In this document: piece by piece, positions 56,392 through 63,685 of the stretch
How positions within the stretch are numbered: the first letter of the stretch is position 1
Layout: each line of letters begins with the position of its first letter
Virus record (IMG/VR): IMGVR_UViG_3300033067_001533
DNA length: 64,000 nucleotides
Source: a virus
Strand: one strand, 5' to 3'
Notes under the pieces: generated by a model
The model's database searches: none
What the model saw: the letters and a program-made list of their open reading frames with translations, nothing else
What the model was told of the DNA's origin: nothing
Program-made: the position numbers and the translations under genes

Positions 56392-56464
56392 AGCCTCTTG
56401 TCGGGCTCGAACCAACGACCTGATCATTACAAATGATCTGCTCTACCAACTGAGCTAAAGAGGC
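56392..56464 (-). tRNA. tRNA-Thr (TGT)
   Basis: Acceptor GCCTCTT/AAGAGGC, D arm GCTCAGTTGGTAGAGC, anticodon stem GATCA/TGATC loop TTTGTAA, T arm GTTGG-TTCGAGC-CCGAC. Confidence 0.75.
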
Positions 56465-56524
56465 AAATTGTCGACTTTCTTGGTAGCGGCACCTTTACAC
56501 GGCCGTCGACTCTACTTGTGGTGG

Positions 56525-56600
56525 TCTGGTAGGCAGGATTCGAACCTGCGTGCTCTAGCGTCCAAGGCCAGCGAGATAAACCGGGCTCCTCTACTACCAG
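56525..56600 (-). tRNA. tRNA-Pro (TGG)
   Basis: Acceptor CTGGTAG/CTACCAG, anticodon stem CTGGC/GCTAG loop CTTGGAC, T arm GCAGG-TTCGAAT-CCTGC; enlarged D loop. Confidence 0.55.
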
Positions 56601-56654
56601 TGGTGAAGGGATTATTTTTTTATAGTAGAATTCGCCCATCTCAAAACTACTTTG

Positions 56655-56726
56655 TTACCCGACCAGGACTCGAACCTGGACGAACAGAATCAAAATCTGT
56701 GATGCTAGCCATTACATCATCGGGCA
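56655..56726 (-). tRNA. tRNA-Gln (TTG)
   Basis: D stem GATG/CATC, anticodon stem ACAGA/TCTGT loop TTTTGAT, T arm CCAGG-TTCGAGT-CCTGG. Confidence 0.7.
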
Positions 56727-56734
56727 AATTATTG

Positions 56735-56807
56735 TGGACCCTGTAGGAATCGAACCTACTCCTCTAGTTCTTCAGACTAGCGTACGCACCAGCTATACCA
56801 AAGGTCC
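56735..56807 (-). tRNA. tRNA-Phe (GAA)
   Basis: Acceptor GGACCTT/AGGGTCC, anticodon stem CTAGT/ACTAG loop CTGAAGA, T arm GTAGG-TTCGATT-CCTAC. Confidence 0.7.
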
Positions 56808-56837
56808 ATTTTTATTATCAACATGTCAAATAACGTT

Positions 56838-56918
56838 TGTTCTAAATTGTTATACAAATATAACTATAACGTTTGAACCATGAAAACTTTAAGTGTTAAA
56901 TTTATGTTAAAATTTTCT
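56838..56918 (-). promoter_or_regulatory. conserved promoter element inside tRNA cluster (second copy of the ~110-nt unit)
   Basis: ttgttatacaaatataactataacgtttgaaccatgaaaactttaagtgttaaatttatgttaaaatttt. Confidence 0.5.
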
Positions 56919-56922
56919 TTTG

Positions 56923-56993
56923 AATTCAGTATTGGAATCGAACCAATCTCTCGGAGTTTGCAATCCCGCGCCTAACCACTCGGCCAACTGAAC
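56923..56993 (-). tRNA. tRNA-Cys (GCA)
   Basis: D arm GCCGAGTGGTTAGGC, anticodon loop TTGCAAA, T arm ATTGG-TTCGATT-CCAAT. Confidence 0.5.
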
Positions 56994-57002
56994 ATTTAAA
57001 AT

Positions 57003-57040
57003 CAAAAAAGGACCAATCATTTCTGAGAGGTCCTTTTGAA
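57003..57040. terminator. bidirectional rho-independent terminator between DUF4326 gene and tRNA-Cys
   Basis: AAAAAAGGACC-[14 nt]-GGTCCTTTTGAA: hairpin flanked by A-run and T-run. Confidence 0.45.
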
Positions 57041-57296
57041 TATTATATATGTTAATAGTGCTTAGCTCATACTAACATTTCTTTTTTCAAAAAGACCAAA
57101 CCCCTGTTCCCAATTATAAAAGGGACATATCGTGCCAACCATCCCTAGGGTCGGTTGATTAAAATTAATATGTTTTTGAGTTGTTTGCATTTTTATTATT
57201 TTATTCTTTATAAACAAGAGTATTAATGTTCTTGTGTATATTATATATGTATATATCTTTATGTTTCAGCAAATTTGCACTTTTTTTAAATTATTT

Positions 57297-57590
57297 TTAA
57301 AAAAGTTCATTACCATGTGTCTTTAATAACTTTATGATAATATCGCCATGACATGGACCGGGCTTGCACCAACATCCGAGCGTCTTACCCTTTAGCTCAT
57401 GTAAACTTTCCATCAGTTTACTATTTGCCAATAAATATTTTTCGTATGCTTCAATTGCCTCCTTTACAGTGTTTACTTTAAATTGGGCAAGCGTGCCAGG
57501 TTTATGTGAATATGGATTGCCCCACTTTGATGGTCTGCCGATATACGCATCATAAGGTTCTTTATTTACATGTACAACCTTCATATACAT
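57297..57590 (-). CDS. DUF4326-like protein
   Basis: VHVNKEPYDAYIGRPSKWGNPY...LGCWCKPGPCHGDII matches the GNPF...CWCxPxxCHGD pattern of that family. Confidence 0.45.
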   Translation of the reverse strand: MYMKVVHVNKEPYDAYIGRPSKWGNPYSHKPGTLAQFKVNTVKEAIEAYEKYLLANSKLMESLHELKGKTLGCWCKPGPCHGDIIIKLLKTHGNELF

Positions 57591-57601
57591 TTTTTAATTA
57601 G

Positions 57602-57675
57602 TGACTCGGGAAGGATTCAAACCTTCGACCTACACATTAGAAGTGTGTTGCTCTATTCAGCTGAGCTACCGAGCC
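57602..57675 (-). tRNA. tRNA-Arg (TCT)
   Basis: Acceptor GGCTCGG/CCGAGTC, D arm GCTCAGCTGAATAGAGC, anticodon stem ACACA/TGTGT loop CTTCTAA, T arm GAAGG-TTTGAAT-CCTTC. Confidence 0.7.
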
Positions 57676-57684
57676 TGTTGTTAA

Positions 57685-58038
57685 TTATATATTAACTTCT
57701 ATTTTTGTTTCAAGAGATTTAATGTGTTTGCAATGTCCTCTTCTAAATGAAGATGCTGGACAATTACAATTCCATTGGCCTCTCTTATATGTAACTAAAT
57801 ATTCTGACTTTCCGTTTGATGAAGGTACCCTAAATTCAAGTTCCTTTTGAGATGTTTTAGGTGTCTCTGTGGATACTATCTCGGATTCAATTATTATATC
57901 ATCCGAAAATTCTATATCCTCTCGGGTTGTTCCCTCATCCACATGGATCCATCCTGGACAGACATATAAACCAGTAAGAGTTCTTACTAATGCAAAGTCC
58001 TTGAATACACTATCTCTGGGTATTTTATATTTAGTCAT
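57685..58038 (-). CDS. SWIM-type zinc-finger protein
   Basis: C-terminal CNCPASSFRRGHCKHI (CxCx(n)CxH). Confidence 0.45.
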   Translation of the reverse strand: MTKYKIPRDSVFKDFALVRTLTGLYVCPGWIHVDEGTTREDIEFSDDIIIESEIVSTETPKTSQKELEFRVPSSNGKSEYLVTYKRGQWNCNCPASSFRRGHCKHIKSLETKIEVNI

Positions 58039-58396
58039 TTAAAAAGGTTTTAATAAAATGCTCAAAAACATGTTTAGCAGCTCTTTTATTACCTCTTAAT
58101 TTTTGTTTATAAAACGTGGGTGCATTTCCAAAAGTATAATCGCCACATACTCCATATATTTTATGCATCACCCTATCTCCTGAAATTGAATATTCCTGAG
58201 AATACAAATCCCATACATAATTTCCAAAAGGAATTTTTTTAATTAGGTCAGATGAAGGTCTGCCGGCAGCATCAAATAAGTGTTTAATTTTTTGCCAACT
58301 ATCATCTTCAATCTTAAGTACCCATGTAGATTTACCTTGACCTGAATCTTCTTTAAGTATGTACTTAGGATTATTTTTTGTGTTAATTGTTTCCAT
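58031..58396 (-). CDS. hypothetical protein
   Basis: ORF track. Confidence 0.4.
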   Translation of the reverse strand: METINTKNNPKYILKEDSGQGKSTWVLKIEDDSWQKIKHLFDAAGRPSSDLIKKIPFGNYVWDLYSQEYSISGDRVMHKIYGVCGDYTFGNAPTFYKQKLRGNKRAAKHVFEHFIKTFLND

Positions 58397-58414
58397 TTTT
58401 ATTTAATATTAAGA

Positions 58415-58490
58415 TTAATAATAGTACAAATATAAACAAAAAAAGCCAAACAAAAAAATGTTTGGCCTTTTATTTTTGAAAATAAAATAA
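58415..58490 (-). promoter_or_regulatory. promoter core (GTACAAATATAA variant) + embedded terminator hairpin GCCAAACA-A7-TGTTTGGC
   Basis: aatagtacaaatataaacaaaaaaagccaaacaaaaaaatgtttggccttttatttttgaaaat. Confidence 0.45.
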
Positions 58491-58703
58491 TTATCTTACG
58501 GCCGGTGTAATTTGGTCATTTTGCCCTGGTTCAATAGGTTGAACTGGTTGAAGAGTAGTATCTACTGAAACGGAATCAACTGATGTTGAATCTACGTAAA
58601 CTGCAGTTGTGTCAACTGAAACTTCTTCCGTCGTTGCATTGTTATTTTTACACGATGTCAAAGTTGCTGTAGCAATTAATGCTAAGAAAAGTAATTTTTT
58701 CAT
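58491..58703 (-). CDS. small lipoprotein
   Basis: MKKLLFLALIATATLTSC lipobox. Confidence 0.45.
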   Translation of the reverse strand: MKKLLFLALIATATLTSCKNNNATTEEVSVDTTAVYVDSTSVDSVSVDTTLQPVQPIEPGQNDQITPAVR

Positions 58704-58773
58704 TTTGTTATTTTTTAAGTTTATTTGTTTAACTATAATTATATTGTGTAATTAAGGTTTGTTTCAATTATTT

Positions 58774-59133
58774 TTATTTATTTGGGTATTTTACCATTGT
58801 ATTTCTTGTTAAGCTTTTGTCTGTGTTTTTTACAAAACCTAGACCTTTATAAAATTTCTCTAATCGTGAAACGGATGTTGCTCCAAAATCTTTTGATGGT
58901 GTTAAAAATATCGGTTTATCTTGAGCATCTGCAAAAGCAATAACTAACTCCATTACTTCTGTTCCGATTCCACTTCCTCTTTTTTCTTTAGGTATTTCAA
59001 TTCGTGTAAGTTCAACATAATTTGGTGTATTGAACACATCCAACTTTATTCCAAACTTACCTTCTAAATCTTTAAGGACCATTTCCTCATTTACGAATTC
59101 TTCAAAAAGTTTAATCCTTTGCATTAATTTCAT
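58774..59133 (-). CDS. GNAT-family N-acetyltransferase
   Basis: RGSGIGTEVMELVIAFA matches acetyl-CoA-binding motif A (R/Q-x-x-G-x-G/A). Confidence 0.55.
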   Translation of the reverse strand: MKLMQRIKLFEEFVNEEMVLKDLEGKFGIKLDVFNTPNYVELTRIEIPKEKRGSGIGTEVMELVIAFADAQDKPIFLTPSKDFGATSVSRLEKFYKGLGFVKNTDKSLTRNTMVKYPNK

Positions 59134-59596
59134 CCATTTTTTTCATTGCCCAATCAACTCCTTCGTCTCCTCCCCAAATGAGCCATGCGACATAGCCCCT
59201 ATCGCGCCAGGGAGTTGCCTTAAATTCATCTGCTATCTTTGAATTTTTTCTATGTCGATTAAATTGTGCCATTCTACTAACAACATCTCTGGAAAGCTTT
59301 TCTCCTTTTGCTAATTGATTTGCTCTTTGCCATCCAACTGGAGTACCTGCATCTACCTCATCTCTACCATATTCATCTCTCCAGTCAAGTGCCTTCTTTG
59401 CATTTGCCTTTGCGGCGGCTGGATAATCATTATAAGTTTCTTCTGCCTCTTGCATTAATGTGGGAGAATTATCATGTCCACATTCATGACAAATATAAAT
59501 ATCTTCGCCGCCATCTTCAAGCCTCCATTGCCAACCACAGTTATCACACTCGACTCTATTTGCTGAAAATTCCTCAAATGTTTTTAATTTTTTCAT
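59111..59596 (-). CDS. hypothetical protein with zinc ribbon
   Basis: CDNCG...CHECGH. Confidence 0.4.
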   Translation of the reverse strand: MKKLKTFEEFSANRVECDNCGWQWRLEDGGEDIYICHECGHDNSPTLMQEAEETYNDYPAAAKANAKKALDWRDEYGRDEVDAGTPVGWQRANQLAKGEKLSRDVVSRMAQFNRHRKNSKIADEFKATPWRDRGYVAWLIWGGDEGVDWAMKKMDEINAKD

Positions 59597-60537
59597 TCTA
59601 TCTCAAATCTTTTTGGGTCAAGCTCAAGTGTTTTATTATCCATGTACTTGCTTAATTTACTTAATTCTATATCTGATTTTGATTCAATATCTCTGCCATA
59701 AAAATCAGTAAATAATTGACGATATGCCTGTACTGTTGAATCAAATGGAACTCCAGGTTGACTATTACTTTCAATCACATATAATTTACCATCTTGGTCT
59801 TCCATTACATCAAAACAAATGTATGGTAAGTCTGAAAAAATCTTGCCGAATTTTTCAACAAGTTTTGTAAATTTTTCAGGCATTTTATCTACATTCTTTT
59901 TGATGTATTTAAACATCATTTGTTCATCTCCTTTGCCTTCACCTGATTTTGCCTTGTCATTCATTGGCTGTCTTTCCATCCAAAAGAAGGTTTTACCCTT
60001 AAACGTAATTAATCTATGTTCCGCTGATTTATCAACGTATTCTGAATATACATCAAATTTCGAATGGTCCGCCGCATCCCAATCCTTTTGGTTTTTAAAG
60101 ATTTGAATTCCAAGACCTGAATGTCCCTCTGATGGTTTTGCAATTAGTGGAAATCCAATCTCTAGGGCGTCCTTTTCATTATGTGCAGTTTTTGGAATAT
60201 TTTCATCTCCGTCAACAAGTTTATGAAACTCTGCCTTTGAACCAGACTGCTTAATAAATTCAGGTAAATTGTAAACATTTTCCTTTTTAACCAATCCCTC
60301 ATCTAATAATTTCTGAGTAACTGCTGAATTATACGTTAAAATTGGATAGTCGGGATTAATATCTAATTCCTTATAATTATCGAGTGTTACTTGTATGAAA
60401 AAGTTATCTCCTGCAAAATCCTTATAGGACCACCATCTATGGCCACTCTTTGGATTAATTGCCAAATAAATCTTATGTAAATCTGTATTCTCCGTTTGTT
60501 CAGCAATAAACTGTTCAAATAGTTTAATTTTTTTCAT
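59593..60537 (-). CDS. ATP-grasp-fold enzyme (RimK/glutathione-synthetase-like)
   Basis: GFPLIAKPSEGHSGLGIQIF resembles the ATP-grasp phosphate-binding loop (…VKP..GS.G.GV…). Confidence 0.45.
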   Translation of the reverse strand: MKKIKLFEQFIAEQTENTDLHKIYLAINPKSGHRWWSYKDFAGDNFFIQVTLDNYKELDINPDYPILTYNSAVTQKLLDEGLVKKENVYNLPEFIKQSGSKAEFHKLVDGDENIPKTAHNEKDALEIGFPLIAKPSEGHSGLGIQIFKNQKDWDAADHSKFDVYSEYVDKSAEHRLITFKGKTFFWMERQPMNDKAKSGEGKGDEQMMFKYIKKNVDKMPEKFTKLVEKFGKIFSDLPYICFDVMEDQDGKLYVIESNSQPGVPFDSTVQAYRQLFTDFYGRDIESKSDIELSKLSKYMDNKTLELDPKRFEIE

Positions 60538-60552
60538 ATATCTTATTTATAT

Positions 60553-61095
60553 TTATACACCTCTAAATTCAGCAAAAGGCTTTATATCGCTTCTTCCCGA
60601 TTCAGTGTATATTTTGTATGCCTTTCTTTTATCAGAGGATGTTAATGAATCATATAATGATGTGATTTGTTTTTCATGGGCTAATCCAGAATTGTAAGAC
60701 CTTGAATCATCTGCAAAATGATAGGTACTATCAAATCCTTTAAAGTTTAATGTCCATCTTTCAAGAGGTGAAATTGCAGTTTCCATGAAATATGTCTTTA
60801 TTTCATTTTCTGACTTCTTTTTCTTGTTTAAGTACCACTCCCAATTTCCAAGAAATCTACCAATTTTAAATGCATGTAAAGTGTCTCCTGTTGAAGTTTT
60901 TATTTCAAACTTAATTCCTTTTTTATCATCTGAAACATCATCAATGGATGAAATCCATTTATTGTCAAACGTTGGCATTAAATGTTTTACTTTTAGATTA
61001 AGATCTTTTTCAAGTTCCATTGGCATTTGCTCAGCAGTTTTACCATAATCATTATATGTCTGATATGCCTCAAATGTCATTATTATTTTACTCAT
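60553..61095 (-). CDS. hypothetical protein
   Basis: ORF track. Confidence 0.4.
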   Translation of the reverse strand: MSKIIMTFEAYQTYNDYGKTAEQMPMELEKDLNLKVKHLMPTFDNKWISSIDDVSDDKKGIKFEIKTSTGDTLHAFKIGRFLGNWEWYLNKKKKSENEIKTYFMETAISPLERWTLNFKGFDSTYHFADDSRSYNSGLAHEKQITSLYDSLTSSDKRKAYKIYTESGRSDIKPFAEFRGV

Positions 61096-61129
61096 AATCC
61101 TATGTATTATTTAGTATATTTATCTTTGT

Positions 61130-61200
61130 TTTATAGTACAAATATAATAAAAAATCCCGAGATAAAAAAATCTCAGGATTAAATTTATTGACAACTTAAA
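61130..61200 (-). promoter_or_regulatory. promoter core (GTACAAATATAA variant) + embedded hairpin (CCCGAGAT-A7-ATCTCAGG)
   Basis: tatagtacaaatataataaaaaatcccgagataaaaaaatctcaggattaaatttattgac. Confidence 0.4.
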
Positions 61201-61408
61201 TTGTCGTATGGTTTTTTATTTTATGCTGTTTCTTATAGTCTTCTATAAATCTTTCACCAATTCCAATTTCTTCAATGATGTACTCATTTGCAATCAATGG
61301 TTTTCTTGCATTTCCATTAATAATTCTATCTGGATTTTGTTCATTTTCAAATACTGTCATGTACTTTGTTTTTGAACGCTCTGATTTTCTATATACAACC
61401 ACTATCAC
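61196..61408 (-). CDS. hypothetical protein
   Basis: ORF track. Confidence 0.35.
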   Translation of the reverse strand: MIVVVYRKSERSKTKYMTVFENEQNPDRIINGNARKPLIANEYIIEEIGIGERFIEDYKKQHKIKNHTTI

Positions 61409-62004
61409 TATACGAAAGATTCTTCAATTATTGCTTTACCTCTACGAATTCTATTTTTAATGGTTTGAAGTGGAAGGTTATGTTTTTCAGCAATATCCTC
61501 ATATTTCATATCGTTAATCAATCGGTCAACCACGATACCCTTATACATTTCCTTAAGAGAATCGATTGCCTTAAGAGCATTGCCATATTTTTCCATTAAT
61601 TCATCTTCTTCTTCAAGAAAATCTTGTTCAGTTTTCATTTCATAATCTTCGAATGCACCTTGTAGTCCATTTGAGAATTCGCCAGTTTCATTAATTTCAA
61701 CTCCAAATTCAATTAAAGTATCTAATGATGTTTTTTTGTTTCTAGCACTAATATGGCCAAGAGCGTCGTTAAATGCTATTCTATATAACCACGTTGTAAT
61801 TTGATATTGTGGGTCATATTGATCGATTTTAGTCCATAATTTTGTTAAGGTATTAGTGGCAATATCTTCTGCCATTTCCCTGTCTTTAACTATTTTGTTA
61901 ACATATGTCGTAAGACCTGGTTTAACTTTGTAAAATAATGCTGTAAAATCTGCGTCTGAACGCGTTTGTAAAAAGTTTTCTGTTAGCTCGCGGTAACTTG
62001 CCAT
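61408..62004 (-). CDS. sigma-70-family (ECF-like, regions 2 and 4) RNA polymerase sigma factor; start moved to internal MASYREL
   Basis: Region-2-like YQITTWLYRIAFNDALGHI and region-4 HTH YEDIAEKHNLPLQTIKNRIRRGKAII; promoter motif lies inside the track's N-terminal extension. Confidence 0.65.
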   Translation of the reverse strand: MASYRELTENFLQTRSDADFTALFYKVKPGLTTYVNKIVKDREMAEDIATNTLTKLWTKIDQYDPQYQITTWLYRIAFNDALGHISARNKKTSLDTLIEFGVEINETGEFSNGLQGAFEDYEMKTEQDFLEEEDELMEKYGNALKAIDSLKEMYKGIVVDRLINDMKYEDIAEKHNLPLQTIKNRIRRGKAIIEESFV

Positions 62005-62024
62005 AAATTTGTGTTTTTTGTGAG

Positions 62025-62095
62025 GATTAATTATAATACAAATATAACTAATATTTTTGGTAAATAAAAATATTTTGCAAAAAATATTAGTGTTG
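62025..62095 (-). promoter_or_regulatory. conserved promoter core (ATACAAATATAA variant) upstream of the sigma-factor gene
   Basis: aattataatacaaatataactaatatttttggtaaataaaaatattttgcaaaaaatattagtgttg. Confidence 0.4.
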
Positions 62096-62614
62096 TTCTG
62101 AAACTTCATTGAGTAATTCTACAATTCCCATGACCTCAACTGGTTTAAAATCCCAAAGGTCACATGAGCAATTGATTACTCTATTTTTATGATCGGTTTT
62201 ATAAGCAGTGCTGGGATATCCAATGATTGAATATGTTCCTTTCTTTTTTCCTGGCCATTCATTTAAAGGCCAATATGATAATACAGAGTTTGCCTCAGGA
62301 TGTTCCTCTATTGCATTATATAAATAATCAATATCTACAATTCCCATTATTTCAGCAACATCTTGAGTTGCCTTGTCATACTCTCCTGAAATTACCACAA
62401 TATTGCCATTCAATGATTTAACGATAACTTCAAGTGTTTCCGGATCCCATGCAAAATTTCCAAGCACGTATACGATGTCATCCTTACCAACTACTGAATT
62501 CCATGCGTTGACCATTTGTAGGTCCATATCTTCCACGTCTATAAAGGGTCTTTTATATGCCTTAATGGCACCCTTTCTACCAAATTGTTGGTTTGATGTT
62601 ACAAATACTTTCAT
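62087..62614 (-). CDS. hypothetical protein (possible degenerate metallophosphoesterase-like fold)
   Basis: MKVFVTSNQQFG...VYVLGNFAWD; catalytic DxH/GNH motifs not evident. Confidence 0.25.
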   Translation of the reverse strand: MKVFVTSNQQFGRKGAIKAYKRPFIDVEDMDLQMVNAWNSVVGKDDIVYVLGNFAWDPETLEVIVKSLNGNIVVISGEYDKATQDVAEIMGIVDIDYLYNAIEEHPEANSVLSYWPLNEWPGKKKGTYSIIGYPSTAYKTDHKNRVINCSCDLWDFKPVEVMGIVELLNEVSEQH

Positions 62615-63151
62615 TTATACTATTGCGAATTTTACATTAAAGTTATCCCACAAGTTTTGTAAGAATTTTTGTTCGTTTACTGCAGTAGAACCATTTATGA
62701 TTTTACCATCTAATGATGTATCGATAAACATATACATTACAAAGTCATAAGCTGTTGAATAAATAATTGATTGACCAAATCCCTCACGAAGAGAGGATCC
62801 TCTGTCACCTTTTTTAAATTCAATTGCTATGGTAACTCCTTCACTCTCAACTGTCATATCTGGGCGATTTGCAGTGCCCATAAATTGAATGTTTTTTACG
62901 GTAGTGTTTACGTTACCTTCCCATTTAATCATTGTTCTCGCCTTTTCTTTTGCGAGACCTCTACTAAAGCCCTTTTTTTCAATAACATATTCAGTCAGTT
63001 GCTCTAGTAGGTGAGGATAAATAAATTGCTTTATTTTATCCTCACTCTGAGACTTATAATCAATAGTTTCGAAAATATCACGTGTTGTGATTCCTTCTTG
63101 GATAGCTTCTAGTAGATCTATTCGTTTCTTAGACTTACTTGCTAATTTCAT
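62615..63151 (-). CDS. hypothetical protein (possible PD-(D/E)xK-like core RPDMTVE...IAIEFKKG)
   Basis: Weak motif only. Confidence 0.3.
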   Translation of the reverse strand: MKLASKSKKRIDLLEAIQEGITTRDIFETIDYKSQSEDKIKQFIYPHLLEQLTEYVIEKKGFSRGLAKEKARTMIKWEGNVNTTVKNIQFMGTANRPDMTVESEGVTIAIEFKKGDRGSSLREGFGQSIIYSTAYDFVMYMFIDTSLDGKIINGSTAVNEQKFLQNLWDNFNVKFAIV

Positions 63152-63159
63152 AATGTCTA

Positions 63160-63666
63160 TTATGCTTGTTCTACTTCAACAGTTGGCTTTGAAGCCTTTT
63201 CAATTTCAATGTCTAATTCAGCTAATTCAACATGTCTTTGTTGAACAATTTTATTATCGTCTGCTGTTTGTTTTAGTGCTTCTGTAATTTGTGCACCTAC
63301 ATTCGTTAATAATCTTGTAAATCTACGAGCTGCTTCAATACCAGTTCCATTGATGTTAGTCAATACAGTGTAAAGGGTATTTAATTGCATGCTATTTAAT
63401 AAAACTGTAGTCGTTTTTTCTTTAGAGTTTGCATTAATTTTCTTTTGATCGTTTAATGTGTCAAATAAATTAATTAAGAATGCAGCATTTTTAATATTCC
63501 ATGTATAACTTTTATCAACCTGAGTAAGAATTGCATTTAAATTTGCAGCGTTTTCAATATCTACAGAATATTCTCTAGTTGCTAATTCAGTTTGCAACTC
63601 ATTTACTTCAATTTCTAATTGAGCGCGTAGGTCTTTTAATTCACTAATTGATTTTGATTTTCCCAT
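63160..63666 (-). CDS. hypothetical coiled-coil protein
   Basis: ORF track. Confidence 0.4.
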   Translation of the reverse strand: MGKSKSISELKDLRAQLEIEVNELQTELATREYSVDIENAANLNAILTQVDKSYTWNIKNAAFLINLFDTLNDQKKINANSKEKTTTVLLNSMQLNTLYTVLTNINGTGIEAARRFTRLLTNVGAQITEALKQTADDNKIVQQRHVELAELDIEIEKASKPTVEVEQA

Positions 63667-63685
63667 TGTTTGTCTTTATTTATTG

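Noticed and set aside
53166-56746. Several 60-120-aa ORFs on both strands inside tRNA cluster 2 (53166..53351, 53631..53870, 54506..54703, 55188..55541, 55698..55910, 56066..56338, 56236..56427, 56427..56639, 56468..56746)
   Set aside because: They overlap tRNA genes or tRNA-like elements and have GC-skewed, tRNA-derived codon composition, so they are spurious.
61408-62109. Full-length track ORF for the sigma factor starting at MKFQNN...
   Set aside because: The first 35 codons contain the conserved promoter element (62025-62095). The true start is MASYREL at 62002..62004.
2946-63287. Plus-strand and overlapping minus-strand ORFs of 60-200 aa antisense or out of frame to long minus-strand genes (e.g. 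2946..3197, 3579..3875, 11414..11750, 44472..45071, 45956..46300, 49601..49864, 51434..51682, 59308..59655, 62373..62750)
   Set aside because: They are embedded within better-supported genes, have low-complexity (Ile/Leu/Phe/Ser-rich) translations typical of AT-rich antisense frames, and no promoter motif, so I treat them as non-coding.
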